From assembly GCA_022820825.1 (NCBI GenBank), contig JAJEEU010000101.1, forward strand, positions 38,682-102,681: a stretch of DNA of 64,000 bases, read 5' to 3'. Under the pieces are notes generated by a model. The model had not been told where the DNA came from. It ran no database searches and saw only the letters and a program-made list of their open reading frames with translations. Both the position numbers and the translations under genes were made by a program. Below, one piece after another: positions 18,419 to 28,124 of this stretch. The first letter of the stretch is position 1. The number at the start of each line of letters is the position of its first letter. The stretch comes from Vicinamibacteria bacterium. Lineage in GTDB: Bacteria > Acidobacteriota > Vicinamibacteria > Vicinamibacterales > UBA8438.

Positions 18419-18898
18419 CTAGGCGACCGAATCCTGCTTGCCGCCGGCCGCGGGCGCCTGCGCCGCCGCCGACTCTCCGGGCTCCGAATCCAGCATTTCC
18501 AGGAGATCCCGCAGCTCCTGCTCGACAGCGGCCACCCGCCAGCGAATGCCGTCCGCGAACAGATCCTCCGGCACGGCCTCCGCGACCTGTGCTTCCGGGT
18601 CGGCCGGCGGTTGCTCGCTCTCGAGCCTCCTGCGCGCGGCGCCCAGGGTCAGCGCCTCGCCGAATACCAGCTCCTTGATCCGTAGAACCAGCTCGACCTG
18701 GGAGCGCTCGTAGACCCGCGCACCGCTCTTCGTCCTGGCGCCGTCGAGCGCGCGGAACTCCGCCGCCCACGAGTTCAGCACGTACGGCTGCACGCCCGCG
18801 ATCGCGCACACGTCGGCGCTCCGGAAGAACCGGCGGTTCGGAATCGCTACCGTAGCGGCCATGGTCCCGGAATGCAAGCAGTATAACAGCCCGTTCAT
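18419..18898 (-). CDS. MerR-family transcriptional regulator
   Basis: The HTH region FFRSADVCAIAGVQPYVLNSWAAEF...RTKSGARVYERSQVELVLRIKELV is MerR-like. ATG at 18898 makes an ATGA overlap with the der stop; ATG at 18862 is an alternative start. Confidence 0.7.
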   Translation of the reverse strand: MNGLLYCLHSGTMAATVAIPNRRFFRSADVCAIAGVQPYVLNSWAAEFRALDGARTKSGARVYERSQVELVLRIKELVFGEALTLGAARRRLESEQPPADPEAQVAEAVPEDLFADGIRWRVAAVEQELRDLLEMLDSEPGESAAAQAPAAGGKQDSVA

Positions 18899-20271
18899 CG
18901 CGCACGGGCAGGCGCGCGGCGAGCGCGCGCCCTGAGGCGGATGGGCGTTCCGACGAAGTCGAACGATTCGCGCAGGCGGTTCTTGAGGAAGCGTTCGTAG
19001 GAAAAATGCAGCCGGCTGGCGGTGTTCGTGAAGACCACGAACTGCGGCGGCCGGGTGGCCACCTGCGCCCCGTAGTAGATCTTCACCTCACGCTTGCCGG
19101 CAACGCGCGGCGGATTGCGGCGCACGGCGCGTTCCAGCACCTGGTTGACGTCGGCAGTGGCGACGTGCGCGGAGTGCGCACGTGCAACCTGCTGCACCGT
19201 CTCGACGAGCCTGGAGGCCCGCGCGCCGGTCAGCGCCGATACGTGCACGACAGGTGCGAAGTCGGCGAACTTCAGCGCGTCGCGCAGCTCTTCGTCGAAC
19301 CGCTTGGCGAAAGCGCCGGTCCGCTCCACCAGGTCCCACTTGTTCGCGGCGATGACGATGCCGCACCCGGCCCGTTCTGCGGCGCCGGCGATCACGGCGT
19401 CCTGCCGCGCGACCGGCGCCGACGCATCCACGACCAGTACGGCCACGTCGGCGCGCGCTATCGCGCGCCTCGCGACCGTGACGCTCACCGACTCGACCTG
19501 GCCCGCGCGCGCCACCTTGCCCGGCCGCCGGATGCCGGCGGTGTCGACCAGACGCAACTGCCGGCCGTGCCAGCGGACCAGCGTATCGACCGCGTCGCGC
19601 GTGGTGCCGGCCACGTCGCTGACCAGCATTCGCTCGGTGCGCGCCAGCAGGTTGACAAGCGACGACTTGCCGACGTTCGGGCGGCCGATGACGGCCACGC
19701 CAATCTCATCCGGACCCGCGGAACCTGGCGGCAGGGCGCCGCCGGCGGCGACGCCGGGCAGCCGCGCGGTCACGGCGTCGAGCAACTCGCCGATCCCCAG
19801 CCCGTGCTCGGCCGCAATCGGCAGCAACGGCGCGATGCCCAGCGCATGAAACTCCTCGACACGGGCGGCGGCCCGGCGGTCGTCGACCTTGTTAACGGCC
19901 AGGATGAGCGGCGCGCCGACTCGCCGCGCGCGGTCCGCGACCTGCCAGTCGGCCGGGACCACACCGTCCCGGCCGTCGACGAGCACCACGACTACGTGTG
20001 CGCCTTCGAGCGCCCGCTCGCCCTGCGCCGCCACTGCCGCATGCAGCGGATCGGTGCTCGCACCGAACAGGCCCCCGGTATCGACCAGCTCGAACGGAGT
20101 CCCCAGCCATTCGGCCCCGGCGCGGATCACGTCGCGCGTCGTGCCGGCCACCGGCGCGACGATGGCCCGGCGCGACCCGCACACCCGGTTGAACAGGGTG
20201 GACTTGCCGACGTTCGGACGGCCGATCAGCACGACCGACCGGCCGCGCCGTGGTGCGCTGGAAGCAGACAT
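18895..20271 (-). CDS. der: ribosome-associated GTPase Der/EngA
   Basis: Two tandem GTPase domains are present (GRPNVGKSTLFN and GRPNVGKSSLVN P-loops, two DTAG/DTGG motifs) plus a KH-like C-terminus. The start was re-set to the ATG at 20269-20271 (MSASSAP...); the track ORF is over-extended. Confidence 0.92.
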   Translation of the reverse strand: MSASSAPRRGRSVVLIGRPNVGKSTLFNRVCGSRRAIVAPVAGTTRDVIRAGAEWLGTPFELVDTGGLFGASTDPLHAAVAAQGERALEGAHVVVVLVDGRDGVVPADWQVADRARRVGAPLILAVNKVDDRRAAARVEEFHALGIAPLLPIAAEHGLGIGELLDAVTARLPGVAAGGALPPGSAGPDEIGVAVIGRPNVGKSSLVNLLARTERMLVSDVAGTTRDAVDTLVRWHGRQLRLVDTAGIRRPGKVARAGQVESVSVTVARRAIARADVAVLVVDASAPVARQDAVIAGAAERAGCGIVIAANKWDLVERTGAFAKRFDEELRDALKFADFAPVVHVSALTGARASRLVETVQQVARAHSAHVATADVNQVLERAVRRNPPRVAGKREVKIYYGAQVATRPPQFVVFTNTASRLHFSYERFLKNRLRESFDFVGTPIRLRARARRAPARAR

Positions 20272-20292
20272 GGCGGAACGGAGCAAGAGTGC

Positions 20293-20322
20293 TTGACAGC
20301 CGTAAATTATAGTATCTATGAT
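20293..20322 (+). promoter_or_regulatory. sigma70-like promoter for the IHF/HU gene (divergent region also holds a minus-strand TATAAT for der)
   Basis: TTGACA (20293-20298), 18-nt spacer, TATGAT (20317-20322), then GAGG RBS and ATG at 20347. On the opposite strand, TATAAT (complement of 20306-20311) lies 34 nt upstream of the der ATG. Confidence 0.5.
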
Positions 20323-20346
20323 GCTTAAGTCGAGGTCAGGGGCGCG

Positions 20347-20619
20347 ATGATCAAGGTCGACATCATCAACGAGGTATCGACCGCCGCCGCCATCACCAAG
20401 GTCAAGGCGGAAGTGGCGGTGGATGCGGTCTTCGATGCGATGCGCATGTCGATGTGCCGGGGCGATCGGATCGAGCTGCGCGGCTTCGGCGTCTTCCAGG
20501 TCAAGCCCCGCAAGCGCGGCATAGGCCGCAACCCGCGCACCGGCAAGGAAGTCCGCATCCCTCCGGGCCGCACCATTCGGTTCAAGCCGGGCAAGGATCT
20601 GCAGACCATCGGGGGCTGA
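20347..20619 (+). CDS. integration host factor / HU-family DNA-binding protein
   Basis: 90 aa. RIELRGFGVFQVKPRKRGIGRNPRTGKEVRIPPGRTIRFKPGK is the IHF/HU beta-arm signature. Confidence 0.88.
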   Translation: MIKVDIINEVSTAAAITKVKAEVAVDAVFDAMRMSMCRGDRIELRGFGVFQVKPRKRGIGRNPRTGKEVRIPPGRTIRFKPGKDLQTIGG

Positions 20620-20637
20620 CCTCCGGGGACACGACAC

Positions 20638-21636
20638 TTGCCGCTCGACACGCCCGGCCGACCACTGCCTCCAGCACCGGTTGAGCCGTATCCACCATCC
20701 TACGGGGACAACCGCCCCGCGCGCGAAAGGCCGGAGCCGCCTCCGGCGGTCGCGCGGGCGCGCTCCCGTCCGCTGGTCCACCTGCTGCTCTTCCTGGCGA
20801 CACTGCTGACGACGACCGTCGCCGGGAGTTGCCACTACGCCGGCTTCGCCGCGGACTTCACCCAGGAATTCCCCGAGTTCTCGTTCATTCAGGGCGCCTG
20901 GTTCAGTCTCACGCTGCTAGCCATCCTGGCCGCCCACGAGTTCGGCCACTACTTCGCCTGCCGCTACTACCGCGTCGATGCGTCACTGCCGTATTTCCTG
21001 CCGGCGCCGCTGGCGCTGACCGGAACCGTGGGGGCCGTCATCCGCATCCGGCAACCGATCCGGAGCAAGCCGGTGCTGTTCGACGTCGGCGTAGCCGGCC
21101 CCATCGCGGGCTTCGTCGTCGCCGTGCCGGCGCTGTTCCTCGGCCTGTACCTGTCGCGCGTGGTGCCGCTGCCCGAGGATTTCGTCGGCATGTCGCTGGG
21201 CGAGCCGCTGCTGTTCCAGTGGGCGGCGGGGCTGACCTGGGGCGCCGCCCCGGAAGGCTATACCCTCAACCTGCACCCGGTGGGGCTCGCGGCCTGGCTG
21301 GGACTGTTGCTGACGGCGCTCAACCTGTTCCCCATCGGGCAGCTCGACGGCGGACATATCGCCTACGCGGTGCTGGGCAGCCGCTCGACAGTTGTCAGCC
21401 TGGGCGCCACCGTCACCGTCGTCGCACTCGTGTTCCTGTCGGCGAGCTGGATCATCTGGGCCGTGCTGATGATTGCAATGCTCGTGTTTCTGGGTCCGCG
21501 CCATCCGCGCACTCCCGACGAGCACGTCCCGCTGGACACGCCGCGGCTGCTGCTGGCCGCGGTTGCCGCCGCCATATTCGTGGTCTGCTTCACCCCCGCC
21601 CCGTTCAGCCCGCTCGACCTCGTCGCGCAGCCGTGA
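20638..21636 (+). CDS. site-2 protease family (M50) membrane metalloprotease
   Basis: It has multiple TM segments, an HEFGHYFACR (HExxH) motif and a downstream NLFPIGQLDGGH motif. The TTG start at 20638 is uncertain. Confidence 0.8.
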   Translation: MPLDTPGRPLPPAPVEPYPPSYGDNRPARERPEPPPAVARARSRPLVHLLLFLATLLTTTVAGSCHYAGFAADFTQEFPEFSFIQGAWFSLTLLAILAAHEFGHYFACRYYRVDASLPYFLPAPLALTGTVGAVIRIRQPIRSKPVLFDVGVAGPIAGFVVAVPALFLGLYLSRVVPLPEDFVGMSLGEPLLFQWAAGLTWGAAPEGYTLNLHPVGLAAWLGLLLTALNLFPIGQLDGGHIAYAVLGSRSTVVSLGATVTVVALVFLSASWIIWAVLMIAMLVFLGPRHPRTPDEHVPLDTPRLLLAAVAAAIFVVCFTPAPFSPLDLVAQP

Positions 21637-21697
21637 CGGGCGCGTCGTGCGCACGAGCGCGCCACCGCGGTGTGGCAGACGAAAGGAGACGACGGTC

Positions 21698-22267
21698 ATG
21701 ACGCGCACCCTCCTCGTTGCGGCCCTGTTACTCGCACCCGCTCTGGCGGCGGCGCAGTCGGATGCCGACCTGATTGCGGAAGCCACGCTGCCGCTGCCGG
21801 AACAACTGCGTGGCGGCGCCACCGTCGTCGTGGAAGCGGACGGGCAGCGCCGGGTGCTGCGGCAGGGTACGAATCCCTTCGTCTGCCGCCCGGATGGCAC
21901 AGAACCTGTCGGGTTCTACGTGAGCTGCTCCGACGAGCGGATGGGCCGCAGCACCGCCATGGCGGAGTACGGCCGGCTGCGGCAGCAGGGGCTTCCGGAA
22001 GATGAGATTCTCGCGGCTGTAAGTGCGGGCGTGGAGTCCGGGAAGTTGACACCCATCCCGTCGGGGGCCATGTTCTTCGCGCTTTCAGGGCCGGACAAGG
22101 ATCACGTCGAACTGCTCATCGTGATACGCACCCCGGACGCCACGGCCGAGTCCACCGGGCTGCCGACCGAGCCCAGCGACGACCAGGCCTGGCTGATGTT
22201 TCCGGGGACGCACCAGGCGCACATCATGATCGGCTCGCCGCCGTACTGGTGGTCGCCGAACGAGTAG
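21698..22267 (+). CDS. secreted hypothetical protein
   Basis: ATG at 21698 is preceded by AAAGGAG. A signal peptide MTRTLLVAALLLAPALAAAQ is present. I recognise no family. Confidence 0.6.
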   Translation: MTRTLLVAALLLAPALAAAQSDADLIAEATLPLPEQLRGGATVVVEADGQRRVLRQGTNPFVCRPDGTEPVGFYVSCSDERMGRSTAMAEYGRLRQQGLPEDEILAAVSAGVESGKLTPIPSGAMFFALSGPDKDHVELLIVIRTPDATAESTGLPTEPSDDQAWLMFPGTHQAHIMIGSPPYWWSPNE

Positions 22268-22345
22268 CCCGCAACCGGAGAGACCTCATGGGAAGGGCGA
22301 TCCCGCTCGCAATCTTGCTGTCGCTCGCGGCGCCGGGCGCAGCGG

Positions 22346-24583
22346 TCAGCGCACGGAAATCGGATCCACGTCGACGGTTGTCCGCCGGCGCAACGCCGGG
22401 CGGCGATCCAGCGCCGCCTGGACGGCGGCGCGCAGCGCGCGGCGGCGGGTGCCCTTCAGGAAGATCTGCGCCCGGTGCTCGCCCTTGAGGCGGGTAAGCG
22501 GTGCGGGCGCCGGACCGAGCACCTCGTACCCGTGCCCCGCGCCGCGCATGTCGGCGGCCAACCCGGCCGCCTCCTCCATCGCCCGCGCGAAAGTGCCGGC
22601 GCGCACGACGACGTTGACCATCGCCACGAGCGGCGGATAGCGCATGCTGCGGCGAAAGCGCAGCTCCGCCTTGAAGAACGGCTCGTACGCCTGCCGGCAG
22701 GCGTGCTCGATGCTGTAGTGCGCGGGATGGAACGTCTGCACGATGGCCTCGCCGGGCACGTCCCCGCGGCCGGCGCGGCCCGCAACCTGCGTCAGCAACT
22801 GGAACGTCCGCTCGGCGGCGCGAAAGTCGGCCAGTCCCAACCCCACGTCCGCCGATATGACGCCCACGAGCGTGACCGCCGGAAAGTCGTGCCCCTTGGC
22901 GACCATCTGGGTGCCGACCAGGACGTCGATCTCGCGGCGGGCGAAGCGTTGCAGGACGCGCTGCACCGCGCCGCGGCGGCGCGCCGTATCGCGATCGAGC
23001 CGCGCCACCGCGGCGGCCGGAAAAAGACCGGCCACCTCGCTCTCGATGCGCTCGGTGCCGACGCCGACGCGCTCGAGGAAGGGCCCGGCGCAGTGCGGAC
23101 AGGTGGCCGGGCGGCGCGCCCCGTAGCCGCAGTAGTGGCAGCGGACGCGGCCGGCCTGGCGGTGCAGCGTCAACGACACGCTGCAGTTCGGGCAGTCCAC
23201 CGTCCGGCCGCACTGGCGGCAGAGCACGGCGGCCGCGTAGCCGCGGCGATTCAGCAGCACGAGCGCCTGCTCGCGGCGTTCCAGGCGGGCCGCCAGCGCC
23301 GCTTGCAGCGCCGCGCTCAGCACCACCTCGGGTCCGTGCTCGGCGACCTCTTCCCGCATGTCGACGACGGAGACGGCCGGCAGCGGCCGCTCGAAGACGC
23401 GCTGGCTGAGCACGACCCGTTCGTAGCGCCCTTTCACGGCGTTGTGATAGCTCTCCATGGACGGCGTCGCCGAGCCCAGCACGACCAGCGCTCGCGCCTG
23501 CTTGCCGCGCATCACCGCGACGTCGCGGCCGTGGTAGCGCGGATTCTCCTCCTGCTTGAACGACGCATCGTGCTCTTCGTCGACGATGATCAGGCCGAGC
23601 CGGTCCAGCGGCGCGAAGACGGCGGACCGTGTGCCCACCACCACGTCGACGTCGCCGCGCCGGATGCGGTGCCACTGGTCGTGCCGCTCGCCGTCGGACA
23701 GCCCGCTGTGCTGGACGGCGACGCGGCCGGCGCACGCGGCGCGAAACGCGCCCACCACGGCCGGCGTCAGGGCGATCTCGGGCACGAGCACGAGCACGCC
23801 CCTGCCCTGCCGGCGCACCTGTCCCGCTAGCTGCAGGTAGACGGCGGTCTTCCCGCTCCCGGTCACCCCGTGCAGTAGCGCGACCCGAAACCGCCCGTCC
23901 GCCGCCCACGCGGTCAGGCTGCGCAGCGCCGCCTGCTGCTCGCCTGTCATCTCAATCGGCCCGGCGGTGGCGGCGTCCACCCAGTCGGGCGCGGCGAACG
24001 GGTCGCGCTCCACCTGCCGGCGCTCGATGCGCACCAGGCCCCTGCCGGCCAGCCGGCGCACGGCGTCGGCGGCGATGCCGTGCTCGGCCAATACCGTGGC
24101 GGTGAGCCCGGCCGGGGATGCCGCGAGCAGCGCCAGCGCGCCGCGCTGGCGCGGGCCCAACGCCGCCCGCTGACCGCTCCCGGCGATCCGCTCGCCCTCG
24201 GAGGTGAGGTGAACGGTGCGCACGGTGCGGAACCCGGAGCCGGCCACCGCACGCCGCGTCCAGGCGAAAGGCGGCATCGCGGCTGCCACCGCCTCGCCCG
24301 CGCCGCATCCGTAGTAGTCGGCGACCCAGCCCGCCAGCTCCAGCACCGCTGCCGGCAGAAACGGCTCGACGTCGAGACACTCCAGCAACTCCCGGACATC
24401 GACTGCTCCACCGCTGCCGTCCGCTGCCGCCGCGGGCAGCACGCAGCCGGTGACCTCCCGGCTCCCGAGCGGCACGCGGACCCGCACGCCCGGCGACGGC
24501 ATGGCCATATCGTCGGGGACGCGGTACGTCAGGGCGCCCAGAAGCGGAACCGGAACGGCGACGGAAACGAGACGGGACATCAC
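22346..24583 (-). CDS. priA: primosomal protein N' (replication restart helicase PriA)
   Basis: 745 aa with Walker [14 protein letters not shown], and the Cys-rich zinc region [20 protein letters not shown]...CHYCGY...CPHC. Confidence 0.93.
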   Translation of the reverse strand: MMSRLVSVAVPVPLLGALTYRVPDDMAMPSPGVRVRVPLGSREVTGCVLPAAAADGSGGAVDVRELLECLDVEPFLPAAVLELAGWVADYYGCGAGEAVAAAMPPFAWTRRAVAGSGFRTVRTVHLTSEGERIAGSGQRAALGPRQRGALALLAASPAGLTATVLAEHGIAADAVRRLAGRGLVRIERRQVERDPFAAPDWVDAATAGPIEMTGEQQAALRSLTAWAADGRFRVALLHGVTGSGKTAVYLQLAGQVRRQGRGVLVLVPEIALTPAVVGAFRAACAGRVAVQHSGLSDGERHDQWHRIRRGDVDVVVGTRSAVFAPLDRLGLIIVDEEHDASFKQEENPRYHGRDVAVMRGKQARALVVLGSATPSMESYHNAVKGRYERVVLSQRVFERPLPAVSVVDMREEVAEHGPEVVLSAALQAALAARLERREQALVLLNRRGYAAAVLCRQCGRTVDCPNCSVSLTLHRQAGRVRCHYCGYGARRPATCPHCAGPFLERVGVGTERIESEVAGLFPAAAVARLDRDTARRRGAVQRVLQRFARREIDVLVGTQMVAKGHDFPAVTLVGVISADVGLGLADFRAAERTFQLLTQVAGRAGRGDVPGEAIVQTFHPAHYSIEHACRQAYEPFFKAELRFRRSMRYPPLVAMVNVVVRAGTFARAMEEAAGLAADMRGAGHGYEVLGPAPAPLTRLKGEHRAQIFLKGTRRRALRAAVQAALDRRPALRRRTTVDVDPISVR

Positions 24584-25413
24584 CCCGCCTGCAGGATGGA
24601 ACGGACCTTCTTCATGTCCTCCCAGACGTCGCGCTTGCGGTCGGGGCTCCGCAGCAGGAACGCCGGGTGGAACGTCGGGATCAGACGGGCGCCGCGGAAT
24701 TCGAAGACGCGTCCGCGCAGCCGGGAGATGGCGTCCTCGGTCCGCAGCAGCGTCCGCGCCGCGAACGATCCCATCGCCACGATGACGCGCGGGCGGATCG
24801 CATCAATCTGGGCGAACAGGAACGGCTCGCAGGTACGCACCTCGTCGGGTTGCGGGTTGCGGTTGTCGGGTGGCCGGCACTTGATGACGTTGGCGATGTA
24901 TACGTCGTCGCGCCGCAGGTCGATGGCCTCGATGATCCTGGTCAGCAACTGCCCCGCGCGCCCCACGAACGGGATGCCCTGGAGATCTTCATCGCGGCCG
25001 GGCGCCTCGCCGACGAACATCAACGCCGCGTCGGGATTTCCGACGCCGTACACGAGCGTCTTGCGGCCGCCGTGCAGCCTGCAGCGCGTGCAGTCCCCGA
25101 GCTCCTCCCGGATCAGCCGCAGCCGCTCTTCCGCCGTGGCCGCGGACAGCGCCGCCACCTGATCGAACATCGAGAGCTCCACGGGAGCGCCCGCGGCGAC
25201 CGCCGCGCAGGGCTCGGGCTGCGCCGCCGCAACGGGCTCGGGAGCAGTAGCCGGGGAGGGCTCGGGGTCGGTCGGGCGCAGCCGCCACACGCGGTCCCGG
25301 CTCACGCCGGACACGCCCAGCTCCCGGAAGTACGCCACGTGCGCGGCCAGTTGCCCGGAAGGCCGGGTGGCTCCCGGGCCGGGCGCGCGGCGATCAGGAC
25401 GCGACGGGCGCAT
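24580..25413 (-). CDS. uracil-DNA glycosylase, family 4
   Basis: GDCTRCRLH...[37 protein letters not shown]...NVIKCRPP are family-4 UDG motifs. The Pro/Ala-rich N-terminal extension leaves the exact start uncertain. Confidence 0.85.
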   Translation of the reverse strand: MRPSRPDRRAPGPGATRPSGQLAAHVAYFRELGVSGVSRDRVWRLRPTDPEPSPATAPEPVAAAQPEPCAAVAAGAPVELSMFDQVAALSAATAEERLRLIREELGDCTRCRLHGGRKTLVYGVGNPDAALMFVGEAPGRDEDLQGIPFVGRAGQLLTRIIEAIDLRRDDVYIANVIKCRPPDNRNPQPDEVRTCEPFLFAQIDAIRPRVIVAMGSFAARTLLRTEDAISRLRGRVFEFRGARLIPTFHPAFLLRSPDRKRDVWEDMKKVRSILQAG

Positions 25414-26602
25414 GGATCAGCGTCTCCATGCGGTCGAGGAGCACCGCGGCCAGCGCCCGCTTGGTCCCCAGCGGCACGTCTTCCTCGCCTTCCGCCGTGA
25501 CCAGCGTGGCGGCATTGGTGTCGGCCGCGAATCCGCGGTCCGGCAGGGAAACGTCGTTGGCGACGACGAGGTCCACCTGCTTCTCCCGCAGCTTGTCCCG
25601 GGCGCGCTGCACGAGGTCCTGCGTCTCCGCGGCGAAACCGACCAGCACCGGCAGAGCGGCGCCTGCGCGGCGCCGACCCAGCTCCGACAGAATGTCCGGC
25701 GTGCGCTCGAAGCGCATCGTGAGCGCTCCGGAACCCTTGCGGATCTTGCCGGGCCGCGCTCCGTCAGCCGGCGCGTAGTCGGCCACTGCCGCGGCCATCA
25801 CCACCGCGTCCGCACCCTCGGCGCACTCCAGTACGGCCTGGTGCATCTCGCGGGCGCTGCGCACCCGCGTCACTTCGGCTCCCGCGGGAGGCTCCAGCGG
25901 CGTCGGCCCCACGACGAGCCGCACGCGCGCGCCGCGGGCGAGCGCCTCCGCCGCCACGGCGAACCCCATGCGCCCGGTCGACCGGTTGCCCAGATACCGC
26001 ACCGGGTCCAGGTCCTCGCAGGTCGGCCCGGCCGTCACCAGCAGGGTACGGCCCACCAGCCGGCCGTCCGGACTGAGCAACTGGCGGCTGGCGGCCACGA
26101 TCTCGGCCGGCTCGGCCAGCCGCCCCTTGCCAGTCCAGCCGCACGCGAGGTAGCCCTCGCCCGGCTCCACGAATCGCACGCCCTGCTCGGAGAGCCGCGC
26201 CAGGTTCCGCTGCACGGACGGATGCTCCAGCATGTTGCTGTTCATGGCCGGAGCGATGAGCACGGGCGCCCGCGTGGCGAGGTACATGGACGAGAGAAAG
26301 TCGTCGGCGATGCCGTTGGCCAGCTTGCCGATCACGTTGGCCGTGGCCGGAGCCACGATCAGCAGCGCGATGCGCGACGCCAGCGAGATGTGCTCGATGT
26401 CCGCGTTGGCGCCCGGTGCGAACTGATCGGTGATGACGGGCCGGCGCGTGATGGCCTCGAACGTGAGCGGCCCGACGAAGCGGCAGGCCGCCGCCGTCAT
26501 CACCGCCGTCACGTCGTGGCCGACCTGCTGCAGGCGGCGCGCCACGTCGACCGACTTGTAGGCCCCTATGCCGCCCGTGACGCCCAGCGCAACAAGTGCC
26601 AT
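25394..26602 (-). CDS. coaBC: bifunctional phosphopantothenoylcysteine decarboxylase / phosphopantothenate-cysteine ligase
   Basis: 402 aa with an N-terminal flavoprotein domain [11 protein letters not shown]...PAMNSNM and a C-terminal CoaB domain with NRSTGRMG. Confidence 0.93.
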   Translation of the reverse strand: MALVALGVTGGIGAYKSVDVARRLQQVGHDVTAVMTAAACRFVGPLTFEAITRRPVITDQFAPGANADIEHISLASRIALLIVAPATANVIGKLANGIADDFLSSMYLATRAPVLIAPAMNSNMLEHPSVQRNLARLSEQGVRFVEPGEGYLACGWTGKGRLAEPAEIVAASRQLLSPDGRLVGRTLLVTAGPTCEDLDPVRYLGNRSTGRMGFAVAAEALARGARVRLVVGPTPLEPPAGAEVTRVRSAREMHQAVLECAEGADAVVMAAAVADYAPADGARPGKIRKGSGALTMRFERTPDILSELGRRRAGAALPVLVGFAAETQDLVQRARDKLREKQVDLVVANDVSLPDRGFAADTNAATLVTAEGEEDVPLGTKRALAAVLLDRMETLIHAPVAS

Positions 26603-26605
26603 GAA

Positions 26606-27229
26606 TCAATCATCCGGCGCGGCGAAACCCGCGACGATGCGTCCCACGGCGTCGTCCGCCGCCGCGGTGCGGGAGCGTTCCGCGATCACGATGCTCCGGA
26701 GCTGCGCCACGCAGCGCTCGAAGTCGTCGTTGACGACCAGGTAGTCGTAGCGGCCGGCCGCCGCCACCTCCCGGCGGGCGGCCTCGAGGCGGCCCTGCAA
26801 CTGCGTGCGGTCGGCCGCGGCGCGGCGGCGCAGGCGCTGCTCCAGCGCGGAGTACGACGGCGGCAGCACGAAGATGGAAACCGCGTCCACGCCGCGCTCC
26901 CTGACCTTCTGCGCCCCCTGCACGTCGATCACGAGGACGACGTCGCGGCCGGCCTGCCGGAGGCGCTCGGTGTCGTCCGCGCCCGTGCCGTAGCGGTGCC
27001 CGAACACCTCCGCCCATTCGAGAAACCCGCCCGCGGCGGCCATCTCCGCGAACCGGCTCTCGTCGACGAAATTATAGTCGACCCCGTCCGCCTCCCCTGG
27101 CCGCGGCGGCCGCGAGGTATACGAGCAGGACCGCACGAGGTCGGGCACGAGCTGCACGAGCCGCTCGACGAGCGTGGTCTTGCCGGTGCCCGACGGCGCG
27201 GAGACGATGAACAGGAGACCCCGCCGCAT
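26606..27229 (-). CDS. gmk: guanylate kinase
   Basis: 207 aa with P-loop SAPSGTGKTTL and typical Gmk sequence (YSYTSRPPRPGE...GVDYNFV). Confidence 0.93.
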   Translation of the reverse strand: MRRGLLFIVSAPSGTGKTTLVERLVQLVPDLVRSCSYTSRPPRPGEADGVDYNFVDESRFAEMAAAGGFLEWAEVFGHRYGTGADDTERLRQAGRDVVLVIDVQGAQKVRERGVDAVSIFVLPPSYSALEQRLRRRAAADRTQLQGRLEAARREVAAAGRYDYLVVNDDFERCVAQLRSIVIAERSRTAAADDAVGRIVAGFAAPDD

Positions 27230-27232
27230 GCG

Positions 27233-28120
27233 CTACTCCACGTTCTGGACCTGCTCGCGAATCCTCTCGAGCTCCGCCTTCACCGTCACCACGAGCGTAC
27301 CCGTGTCGCGGCCTTCCGCCTTGGACCCGATCGTGTTGATCTCGCGGTTCATCTCCTGGACCAGGAAATCCAGCTTGCGCCCGCAGGGATCCGCGCCGCC
27401 GAGCAGTCCGTCCAGGTGCTCGAGGTGACCGTGCAGGCGCGCCACCTCTTCGTGGATGTCGGATCGCGATACCCACTTGACGATCTCCAGGGCGATCGCC
27501 GCCGGATCGGCCGGCGCGGCGCTCCCCAGCTCGTCGATCCTGGCCTGCAACTGCTCGCGGAGCGCGGCGCCGCCGGCGTCCGATTCCTTCACGACGCGCC
27601 CCACGAGCTCGCGCACGGCCGCGGCGCGCTGGCTCAGGTCCGTGCGGAGGAACTCTCCCTCTCGACGGCGCATGCCGTCGAGCTCGTCGAGCGCCCGGCC
27701 GACCGCCGCAGTGACGCGGCTCCGAACCGCCTGCCGGAACTCCTCCCCGGCGGGCAGCTCGCGGACCGTGACCGCCTGCGGAAACCGCAACAGATCGCCG
27801 GCCGTGAGCCCCGTATCGGTCCAGCCGCGCCGGCGCGCGCCGGCGGCCGCGTCGGCCAATGCTTCCACCAGCCTCTCGTTCAGAGCCACCTCGACGGACG
27901 ATTCCGTCCTGAGCTGCACGGCAAGCGCCAGCTCCACCCGGCCCCGCGCGACGTGCTGCTGCACCAGGGCGCGCAGGTCGTGATCGAGCTCGGCGAGCGC
28001 AGGCGGCACGCGCAGTTGCACGTCCAGATAGCGGTGATTCACGCTGCGCGCCGTCACGGTCAGGTTCACCAGCTCGTCCTCGTGCGTCAGCGAGGCGAAG
28101 CCGGTCATGGACTTGATCAT
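27233..28120 (-). CDS. yicC: YicC-family protein
   Basis: MIKSMTGFA...SVNHRYLDV...EMNREINTIGSKA is the YicC N/C-terminal signature. ATG at 28118-28120; the track ORF is over-extended. Confidence 0.88.
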   Translation of the reverse strand: MIKSMTGFASLTHEDELVNLTVTARSVNHRYLDVQLRVPPALAELDHDLRALVQQHVARGRVELALAVQLRTESSVEVALNERLVEALADAAAGARRRGWTDTGLTAGDLLRFPQAVTVRELPAGEEFRQAVRSRVTAAVGRALDELDGMRRREGEFLRTDLSQRAAAVRELVGRVVKESDAGGAALREQLQARIDELGSAAPADPAAIALEIVKWVSRSDIHEEVARLHGHLEHLDGLLGGADPCGRKLDFLVQEMNREINTIGSKAEGRDTGTLVVTVKAELERIREQVQNVE

Positions 28121-28124
28121 GGTG

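Noticed and set aside
18260-18420. tRNA-Pro as a possible integration site for a genomic island or prophage.
   Set aside because: There is no integrase, no duplicated tRNA 3' end and no compositional shift. The flanking genes (miaA, a MerR regulator, der) are ordinary core genes.
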